Shown: one piece after another, positions 1 through 10,093 of the stretch
Layout: every line of letters starts with the position of its first letter
How positions within the stretch are numbered: the first letter of the stretch is position 1
Origin: Craspedostauros australis
Lineage: Eukaryota
Direction of reading: 5' to 3'
Length of the DNA: 64,000 nt
NCBI GenBank assembly: GCA_030167865.1
Contig: JALAGF010006261.1
Location: forward strand, 1 to 64,000
Program-made: the position numbers and the translations under genes
Notes under the pieces: model-generated
Told to the model about the DNA's origin: nothing
The model's database searches: none
What the model saw: only the letters and a program-made list of their open reading frames with translations

Positions 1-1
1 C

Positions 2-634
2 CTCACACCACTCGTCGGTATGGGAGTCCTCCGTCTTGAGCAGATGCTTCCACTGACCCTCGGAGCCAACATCGGAACCACCGGCACCGCCATCCTCTCC
101 GCCTTCGTCACCGATGGAACCAACGCTCTCCGCGTCGCCCTTGCCCACTTGCTCTTCAACATTTCCGGAATCATCATCTGGTACCCAATTCCATTCATGC
201 GCCAGGTGCCTCTCATGGCCGCCCGCCAGCTCGGAAAGGGAACCCGCGTCTGGCGTGGATTCCCATTGATGTACATCATCGTCATGTTCNTGATCGTCCC
301 ACTCCTCTTCCTCGGCCTCTCCTGGTTGTTCACCCAGGACAAGAAGGCCTTCACCACCCTCGGATCCTGCTTGACCGTCGGTCTCTTCTTCATCATCGTC
401 TACGTTGGCTACTACTGCCAGTTCAACGGCGGTAAGGAGGCCTGCTACGACAGCATGGTCGCCCGCCAGACCCGCCAGGAGGCCATCCAGGCCCTCCCAG
501 AGGACATGGAGTTCCTCAAGGCCCGCATCGCTGCCCTCTCCGAGCACACCGGACTCGCCGCTGACGACGAGGAGATGCCAGAGAAGCAGTTCGATGCCAC
601 CGAGGCCCCCGCTTCGGATGCCGGAGAGGCTTAA
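2..634 (+). CDS. SLC34A: Sodium-dependent phosphate cotransporter, SLC34/NptA family; 3' portion only (gene starts upstream of the window)
   Basis: The frame is open from base 2 (LTPLVGMGVLRLEQMLPLTLGANIGTT...ALAHLLFN...IIWYPIPF). It contains the SLC34 second-repeat signature (LGANIGTT) followed by TM helices. TAA at 632-634. There is an ambiguous N at 290. Confidence 0.92.
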   Translation, partial: LTPLVGMGVLRLEQMLPLTLGANIGTTGTAILSAFVTDGTNALRVALAHLLFNISGIIIWYPIPFMRQVPLMAARQLGKGTRVWRGFPLMYIIVMFXIVPLLFLGLSWLFTQDKKAFTTLGSCLTVGLFFIIVYVGYYCQFNGGKEACYDSMVARQTRQEAIQALPEDMEFLKARIAALSEHTGLAADDEEMPEKQFDATEAPASDAGEA

Positions 635-1599
635 GCAGATGATGACATCCTTCATCGAACAAGCATGCATGTGCAAAATGAAAAAAGTGTTTGATTGGAT
701 TTCGTTGATGGTCTAGAGCAAAGCCGGCGACTCTTCAGTTTCTTGGCAAGCAAAAGATAATCCGAATAGCAATCATGAGTTAACCCCAAACTCGAATACA
801 TTGTAGTAGCTAATGTTGTCTTTGGCGGATATTCTGGCATCGTTGCTCTCGGCAGATGGGCGCCATGTTGGTCCAACCATTGGCTCGAAGAGTACCACAC
901 CACACTTGTACCGTCCGAGTTTACTTACAACCAGCACCACTCCAACATGTGCCAAAGCACAAGTCGCACTCGAAACGGGAACCCGACAGATACCAGCTTC
1001 AATGAGATCAGCCATGCAAGATCCTCGTCCTCGATCGCGCTTCTTCGAACTTGAACCTGTATACATATGAGCCCTCGGGAAACCGGCATCTCTGGAACTC
1101 TTCACAACGATCAGTTGTCCTAACATGCATGCCTAGTTGTTGCAAGATCATTGGAACATGGGGAAAAATTCTTGTCTCACAGCAGATCAGCATGAGGCGG
1201 AACAAAGCGACTTTTCTCTGCATCATCAAGTGCGCTATGTGTTGGTGCCATGATTGTGCTGTGCATCTCCCTCTCTTCCTCTCTTGCTCTGTCTCTGTTT
1301 CTCTCTATGGAAACGGTGGCTTTGCAACTCGACACATTTTCCTTTTCTGTTGTTTCCCATTCGCGACTTCGAGAACAAATGGCTTCGTTCAATCCCGTAC
1401 CACGAATCCACCATTGCTAGTCGTAATCGAATCACGAAAGGCTCAAGACGAACGGTTTGGATAAGATACTACAGACGGACATTTTGTAGACATACTTTGC
1501 ATAGTATATTTGTAGCGAGAATGGTTGTGATCAAAGTGGTCAAAAGGCGCCAAATTTGCGAAAAAACGGTTTGGTGGTGTGCCCAAAACCCGCGCAGCG

Positions 1600-3342
1600 A
1601 TGATGTGTGATGGGGCGCATCGTCGATGGTGGATCGGCAGTGTGTTGCGTCGGCAACAGGAGCATCCTCATCACGAATCTGCGAAGGAGTCAAGGATGGT
1701 GAAACGACGCAAGATCGCTCAAGACCAGCCCGTTCTGAGCGAAGTGCTGGATCATGTCCTGGTGGTCGGTGCCTCAGTTCGCAGAAACGCATGGAGAGTC
1801 CAAGAGGATGAACGTCGACATCGACGCATAGGCGACAACCAAAGCTCGGGTGACAGCGACGGAGGCAGCCTGAGCAGTGCCTCCACGGGTGGATCGTCGA
1901 GCGATGCTGCCGATGATTTGGACGCAAGTGCCAATACCGAGAGCGGTGGCTCCGACAGTGCGCACGATCGTCAGAGGCAGAATAGCTACCGCAACAATCA
2001 GAGTCACGAGGACAGCCGCGAGAGCACAAACTCGTTTGGTTCCGCAGAGATCGATACATCATTGGCAGATGGAGCGAACGGACGGAAAAGGAGGAGGAGG
2101 TATGTCACAGCGACAGATCCCACGGATGCTGATGACACAGCGCAGGATGCAAAGTCACACATCGAAGATTCCATCATCTTTTGTGATCGCTATTCATCAT
2201 GGCCATCGCAGAACGATGCCACTTCGAAGAACGACGACGACGACGACGATGACGACCATGATCCTCGGAGCCAGAGCGCGAGAGGCAGAGATCGCGGCAT
2301 GCGAGACATCAACCGTCGCTTCGATAGGCTGCATGGCGACTCCATCAACCCCGTCGCCTTCTCCATGGCCAAGTGTTCACAAAACACGTCGATACCAGAA
2401 GAAAAGAGACACCTCGTGGATGGAGTCAATTTACGTTGCGACAGCGATGCGGGAGCCATTCCACCGGATCAGACGATGCGCGCGTTACTGCTTCGATGCT
2501 GGGACCGCGCCGTGCATGCTTCATCCAACGCCATGTACGTCAAGATTCCCAACAACGGCGAGAGCAAGACGAACAATACCGTTTCAACGCGTGCGTCTGC
2601 TTCGTCTACGAAGCGCAATGCAAGAAAAGCGAGAGGCAACAAGCGAGATCGTAGTATCAGCGATGGCGACGACAGTGGAGATGATAGTGGAGATGGTCAT
2701 GTCATTGAAGGCGGGCCTTGTCACAATCGCGACACAGAAAGGATTTGCCAAAAGCTTGAAATTGAATTGGCAAAAGACAATGAAGCGCTGGCCTGCCCGA
2801 CCTGCAGTGCAACGTTCCCGACTGTTGCGAGGCTACAAGAGCACTTCTACGGTAGGTCATCAATTCTCGGATGCTGCTGGACCAAGGTGAAGGCAAGGCA
2901 GCAGCTCTTGGTGGGTCAGTACTTGGAACGCGTCGCACAAAACCATGTCGATGTCATCCTTCGCCAACTTGCTCAAACAACATCAGCGACTGCAGCAGCA
3001 GCAGCATCCTCATCATCGGCGCCTAAACTTGAGGATGCTTCATTGGACTGCCACAACCAAGCGGCTCCAGCCAACGAGAGCAACCGCAAGGACGATAACA
3101 GCGATCAAAGAACACAGCAGCAACCGAACCGCAAAATGAAAGACTGGGAGGACGTGTTGAACATTATGGAAGCATTTGCAGAGGAAGATGGAGAGAAGAA
3201 GGCGACCAGAGACAGAACGACATGTGACCACCCCATCCAGAAGCGCATTGCTGTCGATGGAAGAGAGATTGTATTCAATCGCACGGTGTGGGAAGCTGTT
3301 CGCGAGAGAGCAGTTCTGAGGTACACCGATGTTCCGTATTAG
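1600..3342 (+). CDS. Hypothetical, probably nuclear protein with low-complexity acidic/basic tracts and an atypical zinc finger (CPTC-x12-H-x8-GCC)
   Basis: Uninterrupted ORF of about 580 aa, first ATG at 1600 (a later ATG, MVKRRK, is also possible). NLS-like RKRRRR, poly-D tract, and CPTCSATFPTVARLQEHFYG resembling a C2H2/C2HC finger. Confidence 0.7.
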   Translation: MMCDGAHRRWWIGSVLRRQQEHPHHESAKESRMVKRRKIAQDQPVLSEVLDHVLVVGASVRRNAWRVQEDERRHRRIGDNQSSGDSDGGSLSSASTGGSSSDAADDLDASANTESGGSDSAHDRQRQNSYRNNQSHEDSRESTNSFGSAEIDTSLADGANGRKRRRRYVTATDPTDADDTAQDAKSHIEDSIIFCDRYSSWPSQNDATSKNDDDDDDDDHDPRSQSARGRDRGMRDINRRFDRLHGDSINPVAFSMAKCSQNTSIPEEKRHLVDGVNLRCDSDAGAIPPDQTMRALLLRCWDRAVHASSNAMYVKIPNNGESKTNNTVSTRASASSTKRNARKARGNKRDRSISDGDDSGDDSGDGHVIEGGPCHNRDTERICQKLEIELAKDNEALACPTCSATFPTVARLQEHFYGRSSILGCCWTKVKARQQLLVGQYLERVAQNHVDVILRQLAQTTSATAAAAASSSSAPKLEDASLDCHNQAAPANESNRKDDNSDQRTQQQPNRKMKDWEDVLNIMEAFAEEDGEKKATRDRTTCDHPIQKRIAVDGREIVFNRTVWEAVRERAVLRYTDVPY

Positions 3343-3919
3343 TGGCTCAGCGAGCGATAACGCATTGTTTCAATGGAGAGTGAGGTTACCAAGCTCGTGA
3401 GCCTGCAATCAACGATTCTGCGCGTGTTGGCCTTGCCGTCATGCTGGCCGGAGGGTTGGACGATAGCCGATAACCGACAACAACCGCTCCTTCCTGCAAT
3501 ACTTTTCTTTGGGATTTAAGTGTCCACTCTTGTGGAATTCAGCAGAAACAAGTTATCAGTCAACCGCACAGTGTTGTTGATGGTGTTACGCGCTATGTAA
3601 CGGGAGACGAAGACCATGCGTATCGAGTTGTTGTGTTGTACAGCAAATTCTACTCTCCTTGACATCGTTTTTCGGTATCTTCTCTGCACAGAGAGAGTTG
3701 CTGAAGCGAATGTGCGTCTGATGACAAAGACACAAATCGCAGCACTGTCGAAACACAAAGGAGCCACACATCAAAGGGAGCATTCGGCCTTTGTTTACGA
3801 CCAATAATACGTCGGGGATTGAGAGTCTGCGGTGTGCACCACACAAGAAGCTCACGGACATATAGTACGCATAGGACGCATCACAGCACAGCACAACACA
3901 GCCAACACGATCAGCCAAC

Positions 3920-4711
3920 ATGACATTCAACTGCTGTTCCCGCAGCATGCCAGCATCGTGGCTCATCATCCTGCTTGTGGTGAGCTTCCATCGCCAGGCG
4001 CTCGCTTCATCAGCGTCAGCAACAGGCAGCGCCAAGAACGGACAACAGAAGAAGCACCCATCATCACGCTGCGACGGCGTGCCGACGATCCCCACCCAAC
4101 GCCGTGCCTGCGGTCTCTACATTTGGGATCTGCCCTCCGCCGTGTGCTACAAGTGGTGCCACCACCTCCTCAAGGACAACCTCATCGAAGGCCGTGGCGG
4201 CAAGACGTTCGTGCGGTACCAACCCAACTCCATGCTGCAGCTGCTCTATCCGTGCAGTCGCTACAGTCCGGACAGGTGCCTCGTCTGCGGCGGCACCTAC
4301 AACGACCATCTGGCGCTGTGGTGGTCGCGCAATCTATATTCGCCCTACGATCGTCATCTGGACGACACGTACAATCAGGCGTTGGTATTGGATGACGACT
4401 CCAGTAATAACAAGAAGAAGAAGAAGAGATCCGCAGGCAGACAACGTGGAAGGTCCGCTCCGCAACGCACTGCTGGGACTGTCCACGGGCCACATAGGTT
4501 CGCCTTTCACAGACGATACGTCGCGCGGCTATCTACCAAGAAACGACGCTCGAAACAAGATGCAGCGCGGAAGGATGAGGTGAAAGGCGCAAGCAATGGC
4601 AAACGTATTTCGCTCATCTTGAAGTTCTCTCGATTCATCGCCGCCCGCTCGTTTAGCGAGATGGTCCAATTGCAAGAATGGGAGAATCGCAAGCTGCGAG
4701 GTGGATACTAA
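3920..4711 (+). CDS. Hypothetical protein with predicted signal peptide, Cys-rich middle and basic C-terminus
   Basis: 263-aa ORF. MPASWLIILLVVSFHRQALA (ATG 3947) looks like a signal peptide. Codons are strongly C/G-ending over about 4000-4380. The 3' structure is less certain. Confidence 0.6.
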   Translation: MTFNCCSRSMPASWLIILLVVSFHRQALASSASATGSAKNGQQKKHPSSRCDGVPTIPTQRRACGLYIWDLPSAVCYKWCHHLLKDNLIEGRGGKTFVRYQPNSMLQLLYPCSRYSPDRCLVCGGTYNDHLALWWSRNLYSPYDRHLDDTYNQALVLDDDSSNNKKKKKRSAGRQRGRSAPQRTAGTVHGPHRFAFHRRYVARLSTKKRRSKQDAARKDEVKGASNGKRISLILKFSRFIAARSFSEMVQLQEWENRKLRGGY

Positions 4712-5640
4712 TGCTCTCCAGAGACAGGCAGACACAGGGGGAGAGCGAAAGAATGAGTAGAGTTGAGAAACACACAAGAGTAATGCATATGTTGAGATCA
4801 ACAGCAAGTGTGGACAGCGTGAGAAATGTTGAGAGCGCAGCCTGGATGCGGTGTTGTATTATCGACATGCGAACGCAGCGTTAGATTCAATGCGATCCCT
4901 GGTTCAGGCGCTCAATGTCATCGGACAACTCATGCAACTGTTACGCAAAGCCACCATCGTCTCTCCATCTGCAAAGTGTAGATAGATGGCGGTTGCAATC
5001 CCAGCTGCTCCCTTCGTTATGTACAACACGAAGGAACCATTGCGGAACATTGCAAACGTGGCCCCTGCGACTCCCACATGATGTGTAACAACAACCATAT
5101 TATGTAATGTATATAGTACATTGACGAAGTAATCTGTTGGTTTAATGAGTAGAAGTGTGAGTTACATTCCTTTCGGTTACAAATAAGGTATAGTTGATGA
5201 GATGGACAGAGCTGATTGGCTCAATGTTTTCATCGATAGTTTTCGTTCCCAAACATGGAGACAGTTGCTGGAACGTATGGTATGATTGACAGAACTGTTT
5301 TCGGACTGGTGCGAACTCTGCCATCCCTTGTTGTTGTTGTTGTAGGTTGTGCCGACCTTGTTGCATCAGCAACAGCAGGCAGCAGTGGCGGCGGCAACAC
5401 CAATGCACCAACAAATCAGGCGTTGTCCGATTCAACAATGGACATTGGCCATCGGAAATTGATCTCTTTCGTGTTCTTTGAAAGAATGGAGATTCCTACA
5501 TTCGTTCTGTCTGTGTTTCATGACACTAGATCAACACTTGGATTGTCAAGGTAGTCCAGCCGGTGTGGCGGTGGACAGGGATGGCAGAGTGCGAAGAGTT
5601 CACGGTGGAGTTGCTTTCAAGAGGTGATGGCATGCAGAGC

Positions 5641-8209
5641 TTAACGCGCTCTCCTCAATTTGGCAACTGGCACAGTGTTTGTGAGGACCGCTCTGTCGAT
5701 CTTCCATCCCGTTATGGTCTGCAACGAAACGACCGTCGATCCATATTTCTGCTGGTCGATGATGACCTCTTGCCCAAAGTAATCACCCGCCTTGAGTGTT
5801 TTGTTGTCTGGGTGGCCACCAACGACGCGCACCAGCTCTGCAATTTCGTTGGGTTGGGTTGGGGTTGAGTTTTGGAAGTTGGAGGGTGTGGGAGTATGCC
5901 ATACGATACGATAGAGAGTGCAGAATTGTGCAGGACAGTCGCAAGCGAAAATACGCAACAGACAATAAAGTAATAGGGTCAGCATCGATGAATGAGTGTG
6001 AGCAAAGAGTTGGGACGTCGCGCAGAATTTCCAACGTCAACGCATGACGTATGCAAGGTGATTGGCGTTGCATTCAATTCGATGCAGCAAAAGGATGACG
6101 AAAAGGCAGGGGTGTTGCGATGCACTTACGGCAAGTTCCAGAGGTGATGACGAACATGGAGTCACCGAAGTGACCTTGCTCGATGATATTCTCTCCACGC
6201 CCGAACGCAATTTCGTCGAAGGAAGCTGCGAGCTTGTTGATCTGCTCTTGCTCCAGCTCGGAGAACATGGAGATTTTGCTGAGCGTGACGGCGAGCTCCT
6301 TGCGCGTGCCCTGTGCCTGCGCCAGCACCTGACGGAATGCCGATCTGTGGAGTCCCCACAAGTGGCCATCTGACCTGGCGATGATGGAGGCCGATCTTGG
6401 GGCGGAGTACATGAGGGCGAGCTCTCCGAAGCAAGGGTGGGCATTCTTGGCGACGGAACCTTCGTAGACGTGGATGAGCGTTCCGCCGGTCCCGTCATCG
6501 CGTTCGCCGTCGCCGAGGATGCGGACCTCGAACTTGCCCTCGTCGATGATGTAGAATCGATCTCCCACGGTTCCCTGCCGGATGACCCAAGTGCCTCTGC
6601 TGACGGGGATCGGCTCCATGACGCCAAAAATCATCTCGCGCTGTTCCTCCGTCACATTTCGGAACATGACGGACGTCTTGATGGCGTTGGCAATGCGCGC
6701 CTTTTCGGCGGGCGATTTTTCTGTGTACAATTCCTCCAGGTCGACCTCCTGGTTCATGAGGACAGTGTAGTCCTGATCCTCGAGGACGTCGCGCTTGAGC
6801 TTTTCGATGGCCTGCGCCTTCTCCTTGGTCATGCGCGTACGGATCGGACGGAGACCCTCGTTGGGCATGGCCTCGTTCTCCTCCTCGGGGTCATCGACGG
6901 GCAGGCGACCCATGGAGATTTGCTTCTGCTGGGTGATGTCCCGCATCGACGAGGTGACGTAGCTCCTCTCCATGCGAGCGGCGTCGGCGACGGTGTCGAC
7001 GAACATGACGATGATGGTGATGTCGTCGGTTCTGAGTTCGTACTGGAGCCAGAGCTCGTAACTCTCCGCCACGACGGCACGGCAGGCCTCGAGGGGGTCG
7101 GTGAATTTGGCGCAAATGTCGATGACGCTCTGGTTGGTGAGGAACTCAAAGATCCCATCACTCGCAATGACGACGACGCGGTCCTCGGGTCGGATCTCCC
7201 TGGTGAGCATTTCTGGCTCGGCAAACACGCCGAGCTCTTCGGCCATGGCATCTCCCAGAGATCGGGTGAAGGCTGTGCCTGGGTAGTCGCCGTTGGGGCT
7301 CCAGACGCGCGGCGGGTCGCCGCCCTCATCGAGCTCCTCGCCGAGCTCTAGTTCGCCCTCGTCGTTCTGCGAGTCCTCGGGGCCGATCGGTTCCAAACCT
7401 TCGAGCTGATCGAGGGAGAGGATGCGCGCGCCCGTGCCCTTGACTCGGATGCGCTCGTCCTTTCGGTACGGCGTCTGATCCCGCGACAGAGGGATGGCCT
7501 TGAAGGTCTTGTTGTCGCCCACGCCCCCGTGATTGGCCTTCCCCAGGACGGCGCGGCTGTCGCCGACGTTGCAGACGGTGACGCGATTTCTCTTGCCGTG
7601 CACAAAGACAGAAATGGCGGTGGAACCGGACAGGGAGTCGTCGAGGCTGTTGTCCTGGTGCATCGCCTGGTTGCACTCCACGTGGGCCTTGAGGCAGGCC
7701 TGCTGCATCTGGTCCTTGGAGAGCTCTATGTGGTTGAGCGGGTTGAAGGGGTGGTTTGGGTTCTGCGCTTCGGCCATGCGCTCCAGGTGGTGCTTGTGCT
7801 TCTGCGCCTCCTTCTGCTTGCTGCGGTTGATGTGGCGGTTGAGGTAGCTTGGCATCTTGTCGCGGGCGAACTGGGCGCAAAGGTCGCCGTCGCGGCCGTG
7901 GCCGTCGTAGACTGCGAAGTGGGAGTCGGTGTCCTGATTTCCGAAGCGCGTGGATATGCTGTAGGCGTCCTGGTTGGCCTTGTGGGGGTCGTCGGGGTAG
8001 TAGCCGCGCTGGCTGAGGAAGGCGTACCTCAGCTTGAGGCCGCCGCAGATGATCTCCTCGGGCTTTTCACTCTGGTCGATCTTTCGCAGCGCCTTCTGCT
8101 GATGTCCGGCCTTGAGGGACGTCTCTGGCCCTGCGCCGTTGGCCTTGGCCGATCTGTTGCCATTTGGGGCATCGACTGCGTCCTCTGGGACGGACTCGCA
8201 GCAACCCAT
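5641..8209 (-). CDS. PP2C (PPM) protein phosphatase fused to two cyclic-nucleotide-binding domains, with N-terminal MGCC acylation motif; 758 aa, 2 exons (8209-6130, 5837-5641)
   Basis: PP2C motifs: NQDAY, VYDGHG, NVGDSRAV, FTRSLGD, IASDGIFE, DDITII. cNMP domains: IRQGTVGDRFYII...FGELALMYSAPRSA and IIEQGHFGDSMFVI. A GTAAGT donor at 6129 and TTGCAG acceptor at 5838 join in frame (..GTCQLVRVV..) and complete the second cNMP domain. Confidence 0.92.
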
Positions 8210-8211
8210 CT

Positions 8212-8258
8212 TTGCTGTTGCTTGTGTTGCTGTTGCTTGTGTTGCTGTTGCTTGTGTT
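8212..8258. repeat. 15-bp tandem repeat (about 3 copies, TGCTGTTGCTTGTGT) immediately upstream of the PP2C start codon
   Basis: Directly visible; it translates as QATAT x3 in the extended ORF. Confidence 0.8.
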
Positions 8259-8582
8259 GATTGTAGTGGTGCCTGTGCTGGTGCTGTTCGATGGGTTCCG
8301 TGAGTTGCGGAGGAGGCGTCGATGACTGTGGCGACTTGGGTCCCTTGAATGCGATTGTCCGTGGAGAGTATGAACAGCTGGATCAATCAAGCAAGGCCCT
8401 CTGAGGTCCTCCAAGTGAGAGATCGAAGCTGTCCGAGGATCGTCTGGAGTACTTGAGATACGAGGAAGAGTGGCAAGAGCGACACGGAAGCGATGTGGTG
8501 CTGCTTTTGGTGATGTTCTGTTGGACGATGTGAGGAAGGAAGGATGTTGTGTAGTGTGTTGGTGCAGCCTCGTATAATACTT

Positions 8583-8622
8583 TACTCAGTTCAACTCAAC
8601 TCAATTCAACTCAACTCAACTC
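8583..8622. repeat. Imperfect (ACTCA)n pentanucleotide microsatellite
   Basis: tactcagttcaactcaactcaattcaactcaactcaactc. Confidence 0.85.
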
Positions 8623-10093
8623 GGGCGCGTATTCGCAGGTGACGCTGTGACCGCGAAGATGAAGAGGCTGGCCCGTGTGTGATGGTCTTTGTGATGTCGG
8701 GAGCCTTCAACTGGCGATGACCAAGAGCTGGTTGCCGCCTTTTGTGCTTCTCTCTCTCCTTGTTTGCTGCTGTGCCTGCACCTGCGGATGTGGTGTTCGC
8801 CCTTCCCTGGTCGTACGATCTGCTCGTAGGTCGTAGTCGTGGTCGTATGGAAACTGCGGCTGCGACAGTATTGATGAAGTGCTCTTGTGCCTTTCCTCTT
8901 GTTTGCCTTGCTTCGTGTGGCGACGATGGTGGTCGTTGCTGCGGTTGTATAATGGATGTTATCGCGACACACGGGGCTGCTTTGTTTGTCGCTGCTGCTG
9001 CTTCTCTCTGTGTGTCAGTGCTTCCTTTGCGCGTGTGTTGTTCGTGCCGTCGTTGCCGTATCTCCTTCGCTTCCCGCCAAGGGAGGTGCCCGCAGATACC
9101 GATACCTTGTTGGCGCCTCTGCGTGTCCACGCTTTCGGCCTTGCGCGGAATCCGCTCCTCTCTTTTTCGTGTTGTTGTTTGTCTCGCTTCTTTTCTTCGC
9201 CATAAATTCTGCCCGACTTCGTCAAGATGTCCATTGTCGAACACTTGATTCACTATCGGCACTAGTAGTTCCTCTCTCCGTTGATAGACTGCGCTGCCCG
9301 AATCATCTGTGCCCCAACAGATCCAAACCACAACAAACATCCCATGAAGGTGACAGACAGCGTGTGGAATCGAATTCAACTCGGGTCATTTGGTGTGACA
9401 CCACAATGACCGTTCGGGTTTTTCGTCTCCTCCCGATTTTGGTCGTCTGCCCTGTGTCCTGGTCGTGGATTGCGGGTATCCGCTTGACGTCACGCTTGTT
9501 CCCAACACGCACAGACACATCACATCACCTCGCAGAACATCAATCATGTCTTTTGGGAGGGATACATCACACCCAATTTGCACAGACAGACAGACAAGGC
9601 GTTGCCCGAACATCAAGGAAGAAATCCAAACACTAACACGTGTTGTGTCCACCACAACAAGGAAGACGACCACAAGAAAGTCCATCAACCGACACCACCA
9701 AAACGGAACCAAGAGGATCAAGGATCCGAGCACCAACACAGCCTCAGCAAAGACGGCTTGGTGAGAGAGCACCTCGAACGCAAACACACTCCGTCCCGCG
9801 CTCCATCTTCCGCTACATCCCACACTCCATCCTCAACCCCTATCCCTGTCACATTCCTGTTCCTGTTGGTGTTGCTGCAACAATACAATAAAACGCAACA
9901 CAACGCAACACAGCGCAACACAGCGCACACGTCATTGCTGTCTTGCCCAGCTGGTTGAATTGACAGAACCGAAGAGGACTGCAGAGAGCCATCAGAGCTG
10001 TCAGAATCGTCAGAGCGGCCGAAACGAATCATCGTGCACCACTTCTTTGCTCCACTCTTTTTGCACGCTCGCTGAGCATCACTTCTCGTCACC

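Noticed and set aside
290..290. X in the SLC34 translation
   Set aside because: A single ambiguous base call (N), not recoding or a stop.
6062..8260. Long + strand ORFs (304 aa, 243 aa and others) opposite the PP2C gene; similar antisense ORFs occur over most genes
   Set aside because: These are antisense shadows caused by strong C/G third-position bias, which removes stops on the opposite strand. They show no motifs.
8210..8386. 59-aa N-terminal extension of the PP2C ORF in the track
   Set aside because: It begins at a non-ATG codon and consists of simple repeats. MGCC at 8209 must be N-terminal to act as an acylation signal.
8606..9960. Overlapping 150-257 aa ORFs between PP2C and RBBP6
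   Set aside because: Low-complexity TG/CA-skewed UTR or promoter-type sequence with no codon bias or domains.
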